From Camelus dromedarius (Eukaryota), in contig NC_087437.1 of the NCBI RefSeq assembly GCF_036321535.1, positions 7,750,001 to 7,814,000 on the forward strand: a stretch of 64,000 bases of DNA, given 5' to 3'. The notes under the pieces were generated by a model. That model did no database searches and was not told where the DNA came from. It saw only the letters and a program-made list of their open reading frames with translations. Positions 27,705-42,275 of the stretch are shown here, one piece after another. A program made the translations under genes and the position numbers. How positions within the stretch are numbered: position 1 is the first letter of the stretch; every line of letters starts with the position of its first letter.

Positions 27705-28306
27705 TATTACAGTAGTTTTTTATTGCTGTATAGCAAATTAGCACACACGTAGCAGCTTAAAACAACACACATTTATTATCTCATAGTTCGTCTGAGTCAG
27801 AAGTCCACGACTAGCTCAGCTGAATTCTCTGCCCAGGGCCCCACAAGGTTGAAATCAAGGTGTCCTCTACACTGTGTCCCTTTCCGAAACTCAGGTTCTC
27901 TCATGCAGCTGTTGAACAAATTTCATTTCTTTATGGTTGTGGGACTGCGGTTTCCACTTCTAGCTAGATGTAAACGAGGGGTCGCTCTCAGCAATTAGAG
28001 GCTGCCCTCCATCCCCACAATGTGGCCCTTCCCATAACATGGCAGTTGCCTTCTTCCAGGGCGGCAAGAGCACGCCTCCCTGCCTTCCAGTCCCTTAACA
28101 CCAGATGAAGAAAACTCTGCTTTAAAGGGCTTGTCTCATCAGGTCCCAGGCTACGCAGGGTTCCCCCTTTAGCTGGTTAGATCATCAACATGATCGTGCC
28201 TTGGTATCTTCCCATGCTTACAGTTTCCACCCTTACCCAAGGGGAAGAGGTCCTCTGACAGTGAGGGCCATGGAGGTGAGGGTCATTTTAGAATTCTGCC
28301 TTCCAA
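27705..28306 (-). mobile_element. MaLR solo LTR (MLT1E-like)
   Basis: tattgctgtatagcaaatta...gcagcttaaaacaacacacatttattatctcatagtt...gaaatcaaggtgtc...ttagaattctgcct. Confidence 0.8.
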
Positions 28307-29169
28307 TGTGATCTGAAGTGAAAAGTAAGAATGATATGCAAATATGCAAAGTGCGTGTTATTGTAATTTTTATTATCATCATGATCACGCTTTCAACATT
28401 CTTAACCTCATACAACACTATTTCAGTGGTTGAAATTAGCCGTAAAGAGCACTCCAATTCATTTAAAAGTTACTTAACTCAGAGCTTAGTATTGGCTTTG
28501 TAACTCCCTGAATTCCTCTTCTCTTGGGGTTGTTTACTTCCCACATTCCCGACACCTGTCACTGTCACAGAGTCACAGTGCTCTCCAAGAACGGAGTTCC
28601 ACGGAGAATTATCTTTCTGTTGGAGTCACCAGTCTGTAAAATTCTCAACCCTCATCACACTGACGTGTATTCACCAATCCTGAAATTCCCTCTGGCCTGG
28701 TTGTACTCAACTCTGAAACAGATAAAGGAAAAGATCATCTTTCCCAACGCTTTACTGATACTTAACCCAGGAACTGTATGACAGACTTGGAGAAGTTTGT
28801 GCATAGGCGACAGGATTGAGCTCAGGACCATCCACGTGGCTTTGTCATTTGACCAACACTCAGAAGGACCTCATACATTGTAAACAGTTTGATAAACAGA
28901 TAGTAAAATATAGTGTAAATGTAAAATAAATATAAACATAAAATATAATATGACATAAAAATACAGTAAAAGGAGGATGGAAGGAAAGGTTGGAAATGAT
29001 TACATCTTCCATTTAAGTGGAGTGGGATTTAACCTAGAAATCTAAACAAGAAATGGTATTTTGTGAATACAAGCACCTTCAGGGCAAGGACGAATTTCAT
29101 ATCCATACAGAGATTAGTAAACCTTTCATGCATGGAATAGAATTACTATTAGATTAAAAAAAGGATAAA

Positions 29170-29415
29170 AAGAATACAGGCTACAGATTATACTTGTGTT
29201 CAAAGTCATCTCTGCCACTGTTCAACATGATCATTGAATGATCTGTTCTTCCCACTGAGGCTTGGTTTCTGCCTCTGTTAACACGGTCTACTGTGTTAAC
29301 ACCGTCTACTATGGTATTAGACGGTGTGGTAAGTGAAACAGCCTATGCTAAGCTCTTAGGACAAGCCTGGTCCATGGTGAGCATTTAGTAAGTGTTGACT
29401 GTTGTTGTTATTATT
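29170..29415 (+). mobile_element. MIR relic with a locally rearranged core
   Basis: tgtgttcaaag...tctgccact...ttggtttctgcctctgttaa...gcctggtccatggtgagcatttagtaagtgtt. Confidence 0.55.
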
Positions 29416-29544
29416 TATTTTAATTATCTTAACACGTGGCCCAATGTCTAGAATATATTAAGGGTTCAGAAAATATTTCTTTCTTCACCTTCTCCAGTAC
29501 CTACTTGTCAAGTTGAACTAGATCTGTCAAGAGGCGTGTTGTGA

Positions 29545-29650
29545 AGGTGAATGTGTGTGTGTGTGTATATGGCTGGGGCATTGTACTGTACAGCGGAGAC
29601 TGACATGTTGTAACTGACTATGCTTCAGTACAGAAAAAAAAGGAAAAAAA
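29545..29650 (+). mobile_element. Short L1 3' end with A tail
   Basis: ttgtactgtacagcggagactgacatgttgtaactgactatgcttcag followed by an A-rich run. Confidence 0.65.
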
Positions 29651-29704
29651 GTATTTTTGGATATTGACAATCTGAAATATGTTACGAGGTGACTGTTAGT
29701 CTAA

Positions 29705-30070
<366 letters not shown>

Positions 30071-32709
30071 TAAATGTTTGTGGCAATTTGCATGTCCAGT
30101 ATTTTGCGCCCTTTTTGATAAAGAGGCCAAGGTGACCAGTGATGTGTAGGCCAGATTTTCCACTTAAGGAGGTTACTTCCTGTTTCTAATAATTTCGTTA
30201 CCAGAAGCAGGATATTAAAAAGCCTGAATGTGTCATCAATACTAACTCACTAAGCAAATCCTTTGATAAGGGAACCATCTGCAGGAATATAAGCATTACT
30301 TCATATTATTCAGCCAAATATTTGCCCCAAGAATTTGGTGGAGAGTTTGAAGATTTCTTCTACTTTTATAACCTTTTCTCTCTCTGTCGAATATTTCATT
30401 ATTCATTGGCAAAACAAACTGAAGACCTACCAAGATAGAAAGAAATGCTGAAATTAAAATAAGAGAATTCAGTCCCTTCTTTGAAGTCCTTGTAAAAATG
30501 TTGGATTGAGCAAAATGCTAAATGATGAAATTACCAACATAAACCAAGCATTCTCTTGAATTTTTATTGATATTTGTAACTTCTCTTTCTTCATCTAAAG
30601 CCTTTATTCTCATGTATTGTCGCAGGGAAGAAAGTATGCCCATTTGTAGTAGTCATTATTTTTACTGTTTAATGATTGATATTCTTAAAAGCATTAAGTG
30701 CTCCCTTATAAACAGAGTGACTTTTAGGAAGGTATAATCACACTTTTGGACCAGTAATGCAATTTGCTGCCAAAGTAACCTGTTTTAGCAGGTTTACTAA
30801 ACATTAATTCAGAGTTAAACATATTTCCTACTCAGTTGACAACCCCCTCATAGAAATTATATTCTCTATCAAGAATTTTAAAAGTACAGTTTTCAATATT
30901 AAACACAGTGATCAGTGTTTCAGATACAGTCATTATTGACTTCAGAATGAAGATTGGACTGTAATCTTGACTATTTAGTACAGATTTATGCATTTGTCAA
31001 TTTCATGTACAATAGTATTTTTATTTTCTTTTTCTTTCTTTTTTTTAAGTTAGGAAGTTGAGTGTCAACGTCTTTAAGAGGTTTATAACTCAGCTGAAAG
31101 GAAAGCTCTGGGGGAAATCTAGTGTATAATATCAATCAGTGCTAAACTGAATTGTTACCCAAGTTTTTAAAGTGCTTTTTCAAGACTGAATTTGACTAGA
31201 TAAGTGTACTATAATGAAAGTGTAATGACTTAAAACTTGCAAGACTGCCAAAAAAACCCCAAGGAAGTATATAATCTGCAAAATGATAAGAAAAATTTTC
31301 CAAATTATCCTGGAGAATTGTTAAATAAACGGTGTTTCATAGATGCTGCTATAAATTAACTTGCTGCTTTGCTAACTAAATACTAGTAATTTCTTTTTTA
31401 TATTCCATTTCTCTTTGGGCACTGAACAAATAAGATACTTTTAAATATGTATATTACATAATGTAAAGTTAAAAATACATATGTTTGGATAGGATTAACA
31501 TTTTATAGCCCAAAATCAATGTAAATAATTTTTGAAAAAGTTTAATTCTCATATTTTGATGAATTTTAAGCTCTTGTACCCTGCACTTCACTTCCACTCC
31601 CTTTGCTCATTCTCACTTGTGAAATACGGCACAAATTCTTTATAAAGAAAACAAGTTATAGACCAACCTCCACGCCAGAAAGAAAGAAAAAGAGGAAGGA
31701 AGGAAGGAATCTCTCTCTTACCAGTGACAGTGTTTCTGTTTTTCGCAGGGCTGAGCATAAGATCATTTAACAAATTGGCATATAAATTTGTTATTTCCCC
31801 ACATAAATTAGTCAGTATGAAATAGTCTATTTGAATAGAAAAGCTTATTCAAAATATTACATTTACTTCACAGGAAAGCGTAAGTTTGGAGGAAAAGTTG
31901 ATAAGCATCGCTATTGTTATACTACAGAGACTTACAAAAAGAAAAGCAGAAACAAACAAACCAAGGTACTGATTTTCCAGAGCTGAAATGGGTTCAGTGA
32001 GTGCATCTGCATAGACGACATTCAGAAATGCATTACAGCCATCAAAAACGTATTGCAAGGTTTAGCGCTGGCTCTGCCCACAGCTGCTGAGGGCAGATGT
32101 TTCATACACAGCTCACACATTTATTTATTAAGACCTACTATGTGTAAGTCACTATGAAAGACGCTCTGAGAGAGAGAATTATGAATGAGACATAGAAAGC
32201 GTGATAGAGTGAAAAAGGCAAAAGTAGGAATCCAAGTTGCCATCTGAGTGACTTCCTTAGGGAATTTAACATCAAAATAGGCCTAAAATGAGCATAAAAA
32301 TTCCTCCAGAGTTTCTGAGCAGCCCCAAAAGGCAACATTTCTGTAAAACACCTTGTTAAGTGTCTGTCACCCAGAAGATCCTCAGAACATGTTAATTAAC
32401 TTTTTTCGTTCTCTTTTTCCCCCTCCCCAGCTGATAGGCAGGAGGTGGTCATGTGCAGTAGGTGACACGGGGAAAGCAGCATTTGATAGCGGTTTGTGAT
32501 GAATGCATCACTCACTGTCTAGCCCCTGTCTACAAGGTGTTTATAATTCTCATCAGTGACAAATTCTGAGCAGCAGCCCCAGAGTGAAAAGAATGCTTTC
32601 TTTTTTCAGATTATATATTTCCATCTAAATCAAATATGCCTCTTTCTTCTGTCATTCATCTAGAACCAACGTTCATATTATACAGCAGGAAATGTTTGAC
32701 TCAGATGGA

Positions 32710-32774
32710 AATATATATCTATATGTATATATATATGTGTGTGTATATATATATATATATATTTTTTTTTTTTT
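32710..32774. repeat. Compound (TA)n/(TG)n/Tn microsatellite
   Basis: Directly visible. Confidence 0.85.
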
Positions 32775-32950
32775 TAAGTGCTAGCAAAATCACCAGGGCT
32801 GCCTCATCCTGGACACCCAGGCTCATGTCCCTTATCTTTGCAAATGACTGTTGTTCTCATGTAAGGGCAACCCCACATTCTTCCCTCAAACATCCCCTTT
32901 GTGGCCATAGAAAATAAGGAGATTGCCTGCACCAGTGTATGTTCAGAGGG

Positions 32951-33364
32951 TGTCTCAGTCTGCTCAGGCTGCTGTAACAAAATATCATAAACTGGATGGC
33001 TTAAACAACTGGAATTTATTTCTCACACTCTTGAAGGCTGGGAAGTCCAAGATCAAGGTTCCAGCCAATTTGATTTTTCATGAGGATTCTCTACCTGACT
33101 TGTAGACTGCTGTTTTCTCTCTGTGTCGTCACATGGTCCTCACACGGCGAGGGGAGGGAGAGAGAGATTGGGGTGGGTGGGGAGCAAGAGACAGGGCTCT
33201 CTGCCCTCTTCTTATAAAGGCATTAATCCCATCTTGAGGACCCCACCCTCATGACCTCATCTAAAACCAAATTAGCTCCCATAGACCCATCTCCAAACAC
33301 CATGGCATTGAGGGTTAGGGCTTCAGCCCATGACATTTGCAGGGACGCAGCTCAGTCCATAGCA
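32951..33364 (-). mobile_element. MaLR solo LTR (MLT1A/A0-like)
   Basis: tgtctcagtctgctcaggctgctgtaacaaaata...ggctgggaagtccaagatcaagg...tcagtccatagca; 5-bp flanks gaggg/gatgg. Confidence 0.88.
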
Positions 33365-34816
33365 GATGGTGTCATCCAGGGTTCACTCTACCTACAAAAT
33401 TGTCATCTGTCTATCAAATTCACCTGCGTATACAACAAACTTCACTCCCAGTGAGTCCCTCTAAGCCACAAAGTAGAGGCTGCATCTGGCTTACAATCAG
33501 CAGGAGAAATAATAGATGAGAAGTTGGCTGTGAAGGAGAAGAAACTCTACACAGAGGAGTGACAAAAGGAATAAAAGATCACAGCTGCCTGGCAGTTTCC
33601 TCAAAGGATCCTACGATTTTATTATATTTCAGTATAGAATAATTCTCAAGATTACAGTTGAAAACACTTTTATGGAATATCTAATTGTTACAGGGAGCTT
33701 GGAGTGTTTTGTACCTTCACTTATAACTATCCATTCACTCATTTAACACAAGTTTATTGAGCATTTACTATGTGTCAAGCACTGTTCTAGGTACGTTTTT
33801 CTTGGCGATAAGGGAAGATGGTTAGAGGAAGGAGAAACCAGAAGTCTGTTGACTACAGTTAATTATAAAGGGAAAATCTCAAAAGTGCTGACCTTGAATG
33901 TCCAGAATCATAAAATTTTGTCCATATAGGAAGAATTAGGCTTAGGTGTAGTCTTAAAAATTCCTTCCTTCCTCTCTATTTATAATTCAGCCTCCAAGTC
34001 AGAAAGGGTCAAGGAATTTGTCAAACTCTATTTGCATTTTATTTGACTTTTCTGTTTTGGAGGCTCTTTGAAGGTGTGCAAAGAGTGTATTTTAGACTAC
34101 CGTGTATGTTGTTAACAGTGACATTGACCTTTCTGGTGGACACAAATGGTGTACACTTTTCAGTTGAGCCCCCCTTAGTTACCAGTCTGTTGTTTTAGTT
34201 CATACAAAGGCAGGACTTAGGAGATTTTTCTAAAATTATGTTCCATTTAATTTTGGTTCCCTGAGCATGTTTGTTTAACAGAGAGCTCAGAATGTCTATG
34301 CTTCAGGCGAAGCTTTTCTCTGTCGATCGATAATGTTAGACAGAAGTTAGTAAAACACATGAGGCTGGAGGTGCTACTGGTGTTTGTCAGCAGATCTTAC
34401 TCAAGATTTATAGGTCTGATTATTTAAAAATAAGAAACCTAAGTTAATTTTGTTACCACTTCACAGGATTTTACTTCACTCTATACCAATTTTTCTTACA
34501 AAGCACCCCCCCTTACACGTGCAGGAGGAGGGGAAGTGGAATTGGAAGAACATGTAGAAATGAAAAGAAAGGGGTAGAGACATCTCATATCCAATCTTAA
34601 TCCTATAAAGCGTTTCAGCTGTGTATCAGAATATGTCCAGTTATATTCAGGCAAAGAAAAAGGCTAAATCCTAATGAAGGAAGATAAGTATTCATGCAAA
34701 GAAATTAAATTGTCTTATCATCCTTTATCCTGTCCCCGTCCGGTATAACATGTCAAGAAATTACGCAGGAATGGTCATAAAAGTGACCTAAGCGTTGGAA
34801 TCCCAATTGTACTTAA

Positions 34817-35299
<483 letters not shown>

Positions 35300-38200
35300 T
35301 GAGAAAGTTTTCTAAAACCACCTTGCATTTTTTTGTTCAGAGAGCAACGGTTTCAGCTTGCAATGGGTTAACTTTTTTAAATGACCAGCAAGGCTGTAGA
35401 AATGTTTAGATTAGTAATGTGTGATGTTATCTCAACATATTTCATGGCAAGCTAGTAACAGTAAATCACTGGGTATCTGGCCAGTCGTTACAATATTTTT
35501 AAATCATAGAAAAATGATCACTTGTAACAGAGGTGGTGAGTTCATAGAAAAGATAATCTCTACTATTTTCTCCTTTAAAAAAAAGAGCAGTATCATACTA
35601 ACGCTCTTTCCACATTTAGGATACTTTGATAATTTGTATTGGTACAGAGGACTGGGTGTTAACAAATACAATTTGTAAGATTTTGTGTCCCCATAATGCA
35701 GGGGAGCTTAAGGGAGATTTTCCAAGTGTTATATAATTCTGCATAAGTGATTCTGAAATATTCTGCACATGAACACATTTTTAAACTTAATGTGAAACAT
35801 AAAAACTTTATAGAAAATGAAAATTCTGAATGCCATAACCCTCTATCCTAAAATTTCTGCATTCTTCTCACAATCTTTCTTTCTAGAGGATTGTCATTGT
35901 TCTTTATGTAGGATTTTTTTTCTTCTTAATCTGATATTTAATCAAAGAATCTGTTTCTTGGTTAGCTAGAAAACCCTTCACTTATCTTCTCCTTCGGAAA
36001 CCAATCTTGGACTTTTAAAAGAAGCTCAGACCTCTGCACAGGGATAAAGCCACAGGAGATTCCCAAGGGAGAACACTCTAATTTCTTACACCAGCATTTA
36101 GTGCGGGATCCATTTGAACGTCTCTGGGTAGGGTCTCAGAAATGCCATCCTCTCACCATTGGGTATGGACAAAGCCTTCAGAGGGCGTCTTCGGAGAATG
36201 AGCTGGAAACCTTAAGAAAGCAGTTCAAGGGAGTGAATCTCTTCTCTAGGTTCTTAAAAATGTTCCTGCACATCTCAGTTTTGTCCCTGAGCTAGACAAA
36301 GAAATTGATGTGTTCTGATAACTTTCATCTCAGAATGGTTTTCTTATCTTCCTTATCACAGTGCTTTTTCTATGCTTTGCTGTGGACCTTCTATTCAGAA
36401 ACAAAGTCAAGGGAGAAATAAAACTGTAGAATGAAAACAAAAGTATCCTGCATAAAGGCAATAGGAGAAAATGTGAGATGGAGGAAGACAAGAATTGATT
36501 AAAAGGAGAATCAAAGTCTGGATTGTACTTGGAGTCAAACATTCTCTGTCCCTCAGTATCGTTTCCCTTTTTATAACTGTCCTAAAAGGCTTCCTCATCA
36601 CATTCTCTCGTGTGGTCCTCATGCTGTTCGGTGGATTACAGCCTGAGATCTCCGCCCTTTGTTTTGGATCCACATTAGAGTTCTGGCTTGTGGTCAGCCA
36701 CCTGATTCCTCTTCGGACCTGACCTCATTTCTGTGAGGCCGCAGACCCGTACACTCATGTTAATTTGTATGGCTTGTCGAGTCGCAGGGTCTCCAGGCGG
36801 GGAAACCCAGCTTATTCACGCCCCCAGACTGAGTTGTACGAGGGAAGCTTTATGGTTCGTTTCCAGCACACCAGTCCTGCTGCAGACTTACAAGCAAGCT
36901 GACGTTTCTCTTCCCACAAGCATGCAGAGGTGTTGAAAGAGAAGCCAGCCGCCGGCACTGCTCCCCTGCTGCCCCCCACCACTCCTGCTGGGTCCTGCTG
37001 GGTCCTGCTGTTGTGGTTTAGGGTAATGAACGGGGAGCTTGTAAGCTGCAGGTCAGCTCATAAAGGCGAAATACAATGATGGGAAGAACATTGGCCTAGG
37101 GGCAAAGGACCTCTCCTGTCACAGCTCCAACACCCGCCAACCGTCAGATTTGTAGTAATTTTGTTCACCTGTCCGGGCCCTGGTTTCCTCATCTACAGCA
37201 TGAGGAAACTTACGATGTTAACTTGAAAGGCTATTTCAGATTTATGACTTTAATGGAGGAACAAACCCAGTTTTATGTGCTTAGTGAGTCTATTTTTTTA
37301 TCATAGCTCAGTACCCATGTCAGAAGCGACCATCAATGTCAACAAGTTTGAGGGGTGTGTCAGAAAGGACACCCTATGATCACAGCATGGCAAGGAATTG
37401 ATATGTTTTACTCAGTTACGATAAAAAAAAAAACTGAGTATGTATCTTTAGGAAATTAGATCTATTGCCCAAACACCTCTAGGATGGCAGAACGCTAATT
37501 ACGTCTGTCAGTACATAAACTTGGCTCCAAGGACTTTCCCTTCCCCTAAAATTACTTGCTTCATTTGTTCATTTAAAACATTCTCCAGCTGAGCTTTGGA
37601 CACAAATTAAATAATTATGACCTTCCTTACCTGATTTTATAATGAAGCAGCTGAGAGTCTAGGCTGATTTAGTTTTTACTGTGTCATTGTCCATTAATAA
37701 TACGTTTTACCTTTTTGTGTCCAGTTACCATGAACCAAAAAGTACATCACACAAATAAAACTTGATTAGAGAACACATTGTTCTCTAGCATTGTGACTAC
37801 ATTAGACACACAGGATGGATTCACCTTCCCAAGGAGTAAGATGGAACTTCCTTTCTGATCATCGTTAATTGCCCTGAAATGATTTCTTCCCCCTTTTTGT
37901 TTCTGGCAGGTCTACTACTTACAGGCAGAGAGACTTCCAGTATTTTGTATCAGACCAAATCAAACTTAATCTTTAAAAAATGTTTTATAGTGTCGCTTCT
38001 GTATAAGATCTCTATTTGGGGAAGGAAGAATGAAGACTCCTAGACTAGTTATATCAGAGGCAGGTTATGAACTGATTCGCCTGTGTTGTATTTTACTTGA
38101 TATTTTCATGTGTTTCTGTACCGGATTTTAAGGAATTGGAGGTTTGGCTAATCGCTTCAGGGAATTTTAGTCCTGGAAGGACCTTGGTCCAGCTCCTCGG

Positions 38201-38524
38201 TTCCATGGTGAGGAATCCAGCTCTGCATTTTTGTCTCTGGGGGAAGAGGTTGTTATCTCTTGTGTCCACTGCTGCTGCTTGATTGTGGTGTGCAGTTTGC
38301 AGCACATGGCAAATGCATAAAAAAAAAATTGTTGAATGAATCAATCTCCAAGGTCATCTAATTACTAAATGACCGTCATGGGACAAGAGCCTAGATTCCC
38401 TAACTTCCTGCGTAGAAGTCTTCCTAGTAATTTTGAACATTATGGTATTATATGAAATGGCTGTTTGCCAGATTCTTTCCAGCAGGAAGTCTGAAGGAGA
38501 ATAGGGTGGCCACTTAAGATTTGG

Positions 38525-38990
38525 TCATTCATTCAAAAAATATTTTTTGAGTGCCCACTGCATGCTTGGTCCTGTGTGAAGCACTGGCGATATCAAAAGA
38601 ATCTAGTTCCTGTCATGATTAGATTAAAGTCTAGTGGGAAAAACAGACCAGTCGTTCAGTGGCTGTATCACAGTGACAAGTTCTGTAACAGGAACTTGTA
38701 CAAAGGAGAGGCAGCTAAATTTCACCAGAATATCAACAAAGGTGTTTCCAAGATGAGTTGAGTTTTAAAGAATGAGTAGATCTTGTCTCTGCAGATGCCC
38801 AGAAATGGGCATGTGTCCTGCAGGGACAGGACTGTATGAAACAGTTCGCCAGGACCGGCATTAAGGGTGAAGTGGGGGAGGGTCATAGTAAGGTGATGAG
38901 ATAAACAAGTAGGTAGTCAGGGACCAGGTCTTTAAAGACTGTTCATGCTAAGCTTTAGAGTTTAAACTTCATCCTAAGGCTACAGCAAGG
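38525..38990 (-). mobile_element. L2 3' relic
   Basis: tcattcattcaaaaaatattttttgagtgcccact...tctagtgggaa...tgagttgagttttaaagaatgagtag. Confidence 0.7.
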
Positions 38991-39727
38991 CTCAGATTTC
39001 TCTCTTGAGCAGCAATCCCTGAATATGGAACCCCGGGAAGCAGGAGATGTTTTGTTTTGCTGCTTTTTCAACATCCGTAAGGTGGCTGTAATAATAATAG
39101 TGCCTCCCTCACTGAGGCTGCCAGTATTAAATTTGGCATCTATGTGAAGCATTTAGCACTGTGCCTGCCATCTAATAACTGCTCAATAAAGTAAGAGCTA
39201 TTATAGCCATCATCCTGTCTTATTATGCCAGTTACTTCTAATAAAGACAGCCTCATGAGCTGGGACTAGACATACTCATCATTTTATATGGGAAGGGTTA
39301 CTAAGTACTGGCTTTACAAGTGTTGCCTTCAAGGTTTAGTTGTACTGCTGGATAACTCATTACATAGTTTTTTAGATGGATCTTCAAAATAATATATCTG
39401 CCCAAACTTTCTATTTGAGTCAGACTTTGAAAAATGAGTGATTTTCACATAGCCTCATAATTGCACTTAAATAGGATATTTCCCCTTCAAGGCTAATGCA
39501 GGTGAGAGGTCCCACATCCTCCCTACATGCTTGTTGGGATATCAGGCTTTTATGGGATTTAGACACAAATCTAAAGTCTTACGTCTCAGTGTGGTGTTAA
39601 AATTTTAAAGTTTGTTTCGGTTGCAAAGAAATGTTTCAGAATATTTCTATAAGGCTCCAATAAGTATCTAGCTAAATATGCTTGAGAAGACTTTGCATGT
39701 TTTCTTAGATCCCAATTAATGTAGGGA

Positions 39728-39870
39728 TATATTATTTTAATATAATAATTAACTTATAATTATATATTATAAATATAAGCATAAGTTATTGTATAATATA
39801 ATATAATTAATAACTAATTAATAATTATATTTAGTTAATATAATATACATTATATAAATATATAATAAAT
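39728..39870. repeat. Near-pure AT low-complexity tract
   Basis: About 140 nt with very few G/C. Confidence 0.85.
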
Positions 39871-40327
39871 ACCTTATAAAGTTCAGTTTATGACATTTAT
39901 AAAGTTCAATTAATGACACTGAATTAGTCCTTAAAGAGCTCCATTTGGATCATGAATAGAATATAATCATTCTGATTTAAGGTAGAAAGATTTGGATTTG
40001 AATCTTAACCAGGCCATGGTGACTTCAGTGTGTGACGTTTTCTACAACAATCTCTGTTTCCTCATCTGTAAAATGGGTGTGATAGTAGTGACTCTCACAG
40101 TGTTTTTTACGACTAGAGGTACTCAAGTTGATGTACCTAACTCTAGTTATATTGCTGCAGCTGGTAACTACCACCACCACCACCTCCAGTCTTATCACTA
40201 ATCGAGGCCATTTTCAAACTGCAGCCACCTGCTTACACTTACGTCAGTGAGCTGCATAGAACTGAGGTAGCAATACTGTTCAAGTCTAGTGAAGAGGTGA
40301 TATTTCTGTATCGGTCACAGTGCTTCA

Positions 40328-40468
40328 TTTTTTGTTGTTGTGGAGGAGAGGTAATTAGGTTTATTTACTTATTTTATTATTATTTTTGGCTGATGGAGGT
40401 ACTGGGGATTGAACCCAGGACCTTGTGCATGCAAAGCATGCACTGCCACTGAGCTGTACCATCCCCCC
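40328..40468 (-). mobile_element. Vic-1-type SINE
   Basis: gaggtaattaggtttattt...atggaggtactggggattgaacccaggaccttgtgcatgc...ccactgagctgtacc. Confidence 0.9.
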
Positions 40469-41862
40469 ACAATTCTTAATGTCCTTTTCTGTTTTTGCTC
40501 ACCATTTTTGATTGAAAGCAAAATCAGAAAAGGAGCGCATTAGCAGGACATGCAAACTCAGGATTAGAACGATGGAGAGCGAGAATGTGGGAGAAGAGTG
40601 TGGGCCAAGGCAGCTCCAGACACCCCAGTGCAAGAAGCCCAGTGGCTGACATTTTGCAGAGATGGACTGGACACATTTCTGCCTTTGTCGATGTCATGAG
40701 CAAGTCCTAACCTTCTGTTCGTCTCTGATTCACAGTCCCTGAAAGAATCCGATTGGCCAAGCTTACATCCTATGCTCAGACACTGACTGCTGGGCCAGGG
40801 GGAGGACCCCCCCCCGTACGTACCCCACTTACCTTCCATTTCCGAGGTGAGAAGTGGGGCCCTGTGTCTCTCCATTTCTGTACACAATGGAGAGTACCCC
40901 CATCACGTAAGATTTTAGATAGCCCCCTCAAAAAGACAGACGTCTTCTACCATAACAACTTTACCCCGACATTTAAAAACAAGTAGTAAAATTTATTTTT
41001 TAAAGTTTGTTAAAACGTTTCTGTAATCATCAGACCCCTCTCAGACGGCGTATGTCAGGTGGCATCAGCTGGAAGGCAGGCGGCGGTGATTCTCCATGCA
41101 TCTTGCTCTCTGTAACACGGTGTGCGCTCCTGTGCCAGCCTCACCGGGGCACTCACCCAGCTGCACTTCCTCAGCTAGGCGGCGCTTTGATCGGTCACTG
41201 CCTTTTGTAGCTCAAATGCTACCTGCATTCCTCCTCGAAGCTATCTCTGTCTCTAAGGCGATGACATGCTGAACTTTAAATGATCTGCTTCAAAGGTTAG
41301 AGATGAGAGTATATTGTAATAGAGGGAAGCTCTTTTTATCTTTTAATCCTTTGGCTGGAGTACGCTTCTCCATTATAGATGCCTAAATGTGTATGTGTAT
41401 CACTGGGGAGAGGAAAAAAAGCCCAAGAATTTAGAATGGGAAAAAAAGGATTAAGTCAGATATGATTTTCAAGTTTTCATTGACAATTTTAATCCTAAGT
41501 ATCCTGATTCTCAGATAAAACATCATAAAAGCTGATTGATTTGAAGGGCTCTCTAGTTATTAACCGCTTAGCATGTACAAGCCTCATGTAATGGGAAAAA
41601 AATGACCAGGCTTATGATATCATGAGCTGATTATTTCAATAATTGTATTAAATTTTGCTCAAGAAGGTAGAATGGACTAGCAGTCTGCGTTTTCAGGTTC
41701 TGTGAAAAGGATTATAAAAACATTTTTAGGTAACCCTGACCTGTGGATTCTCATTCTTGGGACCAAATGGAATAAAGAAAGGGGAGAAAAGACTTAAAAT
41801 GAGGTTTCTAATCATTCAAATGGACCCCAGGGAGGGACTCCTGGACTTAATTTTGTTTTGAA

Positions 41863-42214
41863 ACAGTGTCTTGAATTTTAATATGCACCAGCATCATGCG
41901 AGGATTGCATTAAAAAACAGATTTTAATAAACAACAAGATCCTGTTGTTTAGCACAGGGAACTGTATTCAATATCTTGTAATAGCATATAATTTAAAAAA
42001 AGAATATGAAAAGGAATATATATGTATAAATGAATCACTGTCTGTACACCAGAAATTAACACTGCGTTGTAAATTGACTATACTTCAATTTAAAAAAAAA
42101 AAAAGCAGATTCTACTTTGGTAAATCTGAGGTGGAGCCCGAGACCCAGCATTTTTAATCAACTCCCTCATGAAATCAGGGCTGCTGGACCCCACGTCACA
42201 CTTTGAGTAGCAAG
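41863..42214. mobile_element. MER5-like hAT-Charlie relic, split by an L1 insertion
   Basis: tgcaccagcatca...ttaaaaaacagatt [L1] cagattct...tctgaggtggagcccgaga...gcattttta...cacactttgagtagcaagg. Confidence 0.6.
41926..42100 (+). mobile_element. Truncated artiodactyl L1 3' end
   Basis: ataaacaacaagatcct...tagcacagggaact...gactatacttcaat plus polyA; TSD aaaa(a/g)cagatt. Confidence 0.88.
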
Positions 42215-42275
42215 GTTTTAAACAGTCTTGAGGGTTTTTGGTGAACTTAATACTCCTGGTTGTAAAGTCCTAAAC

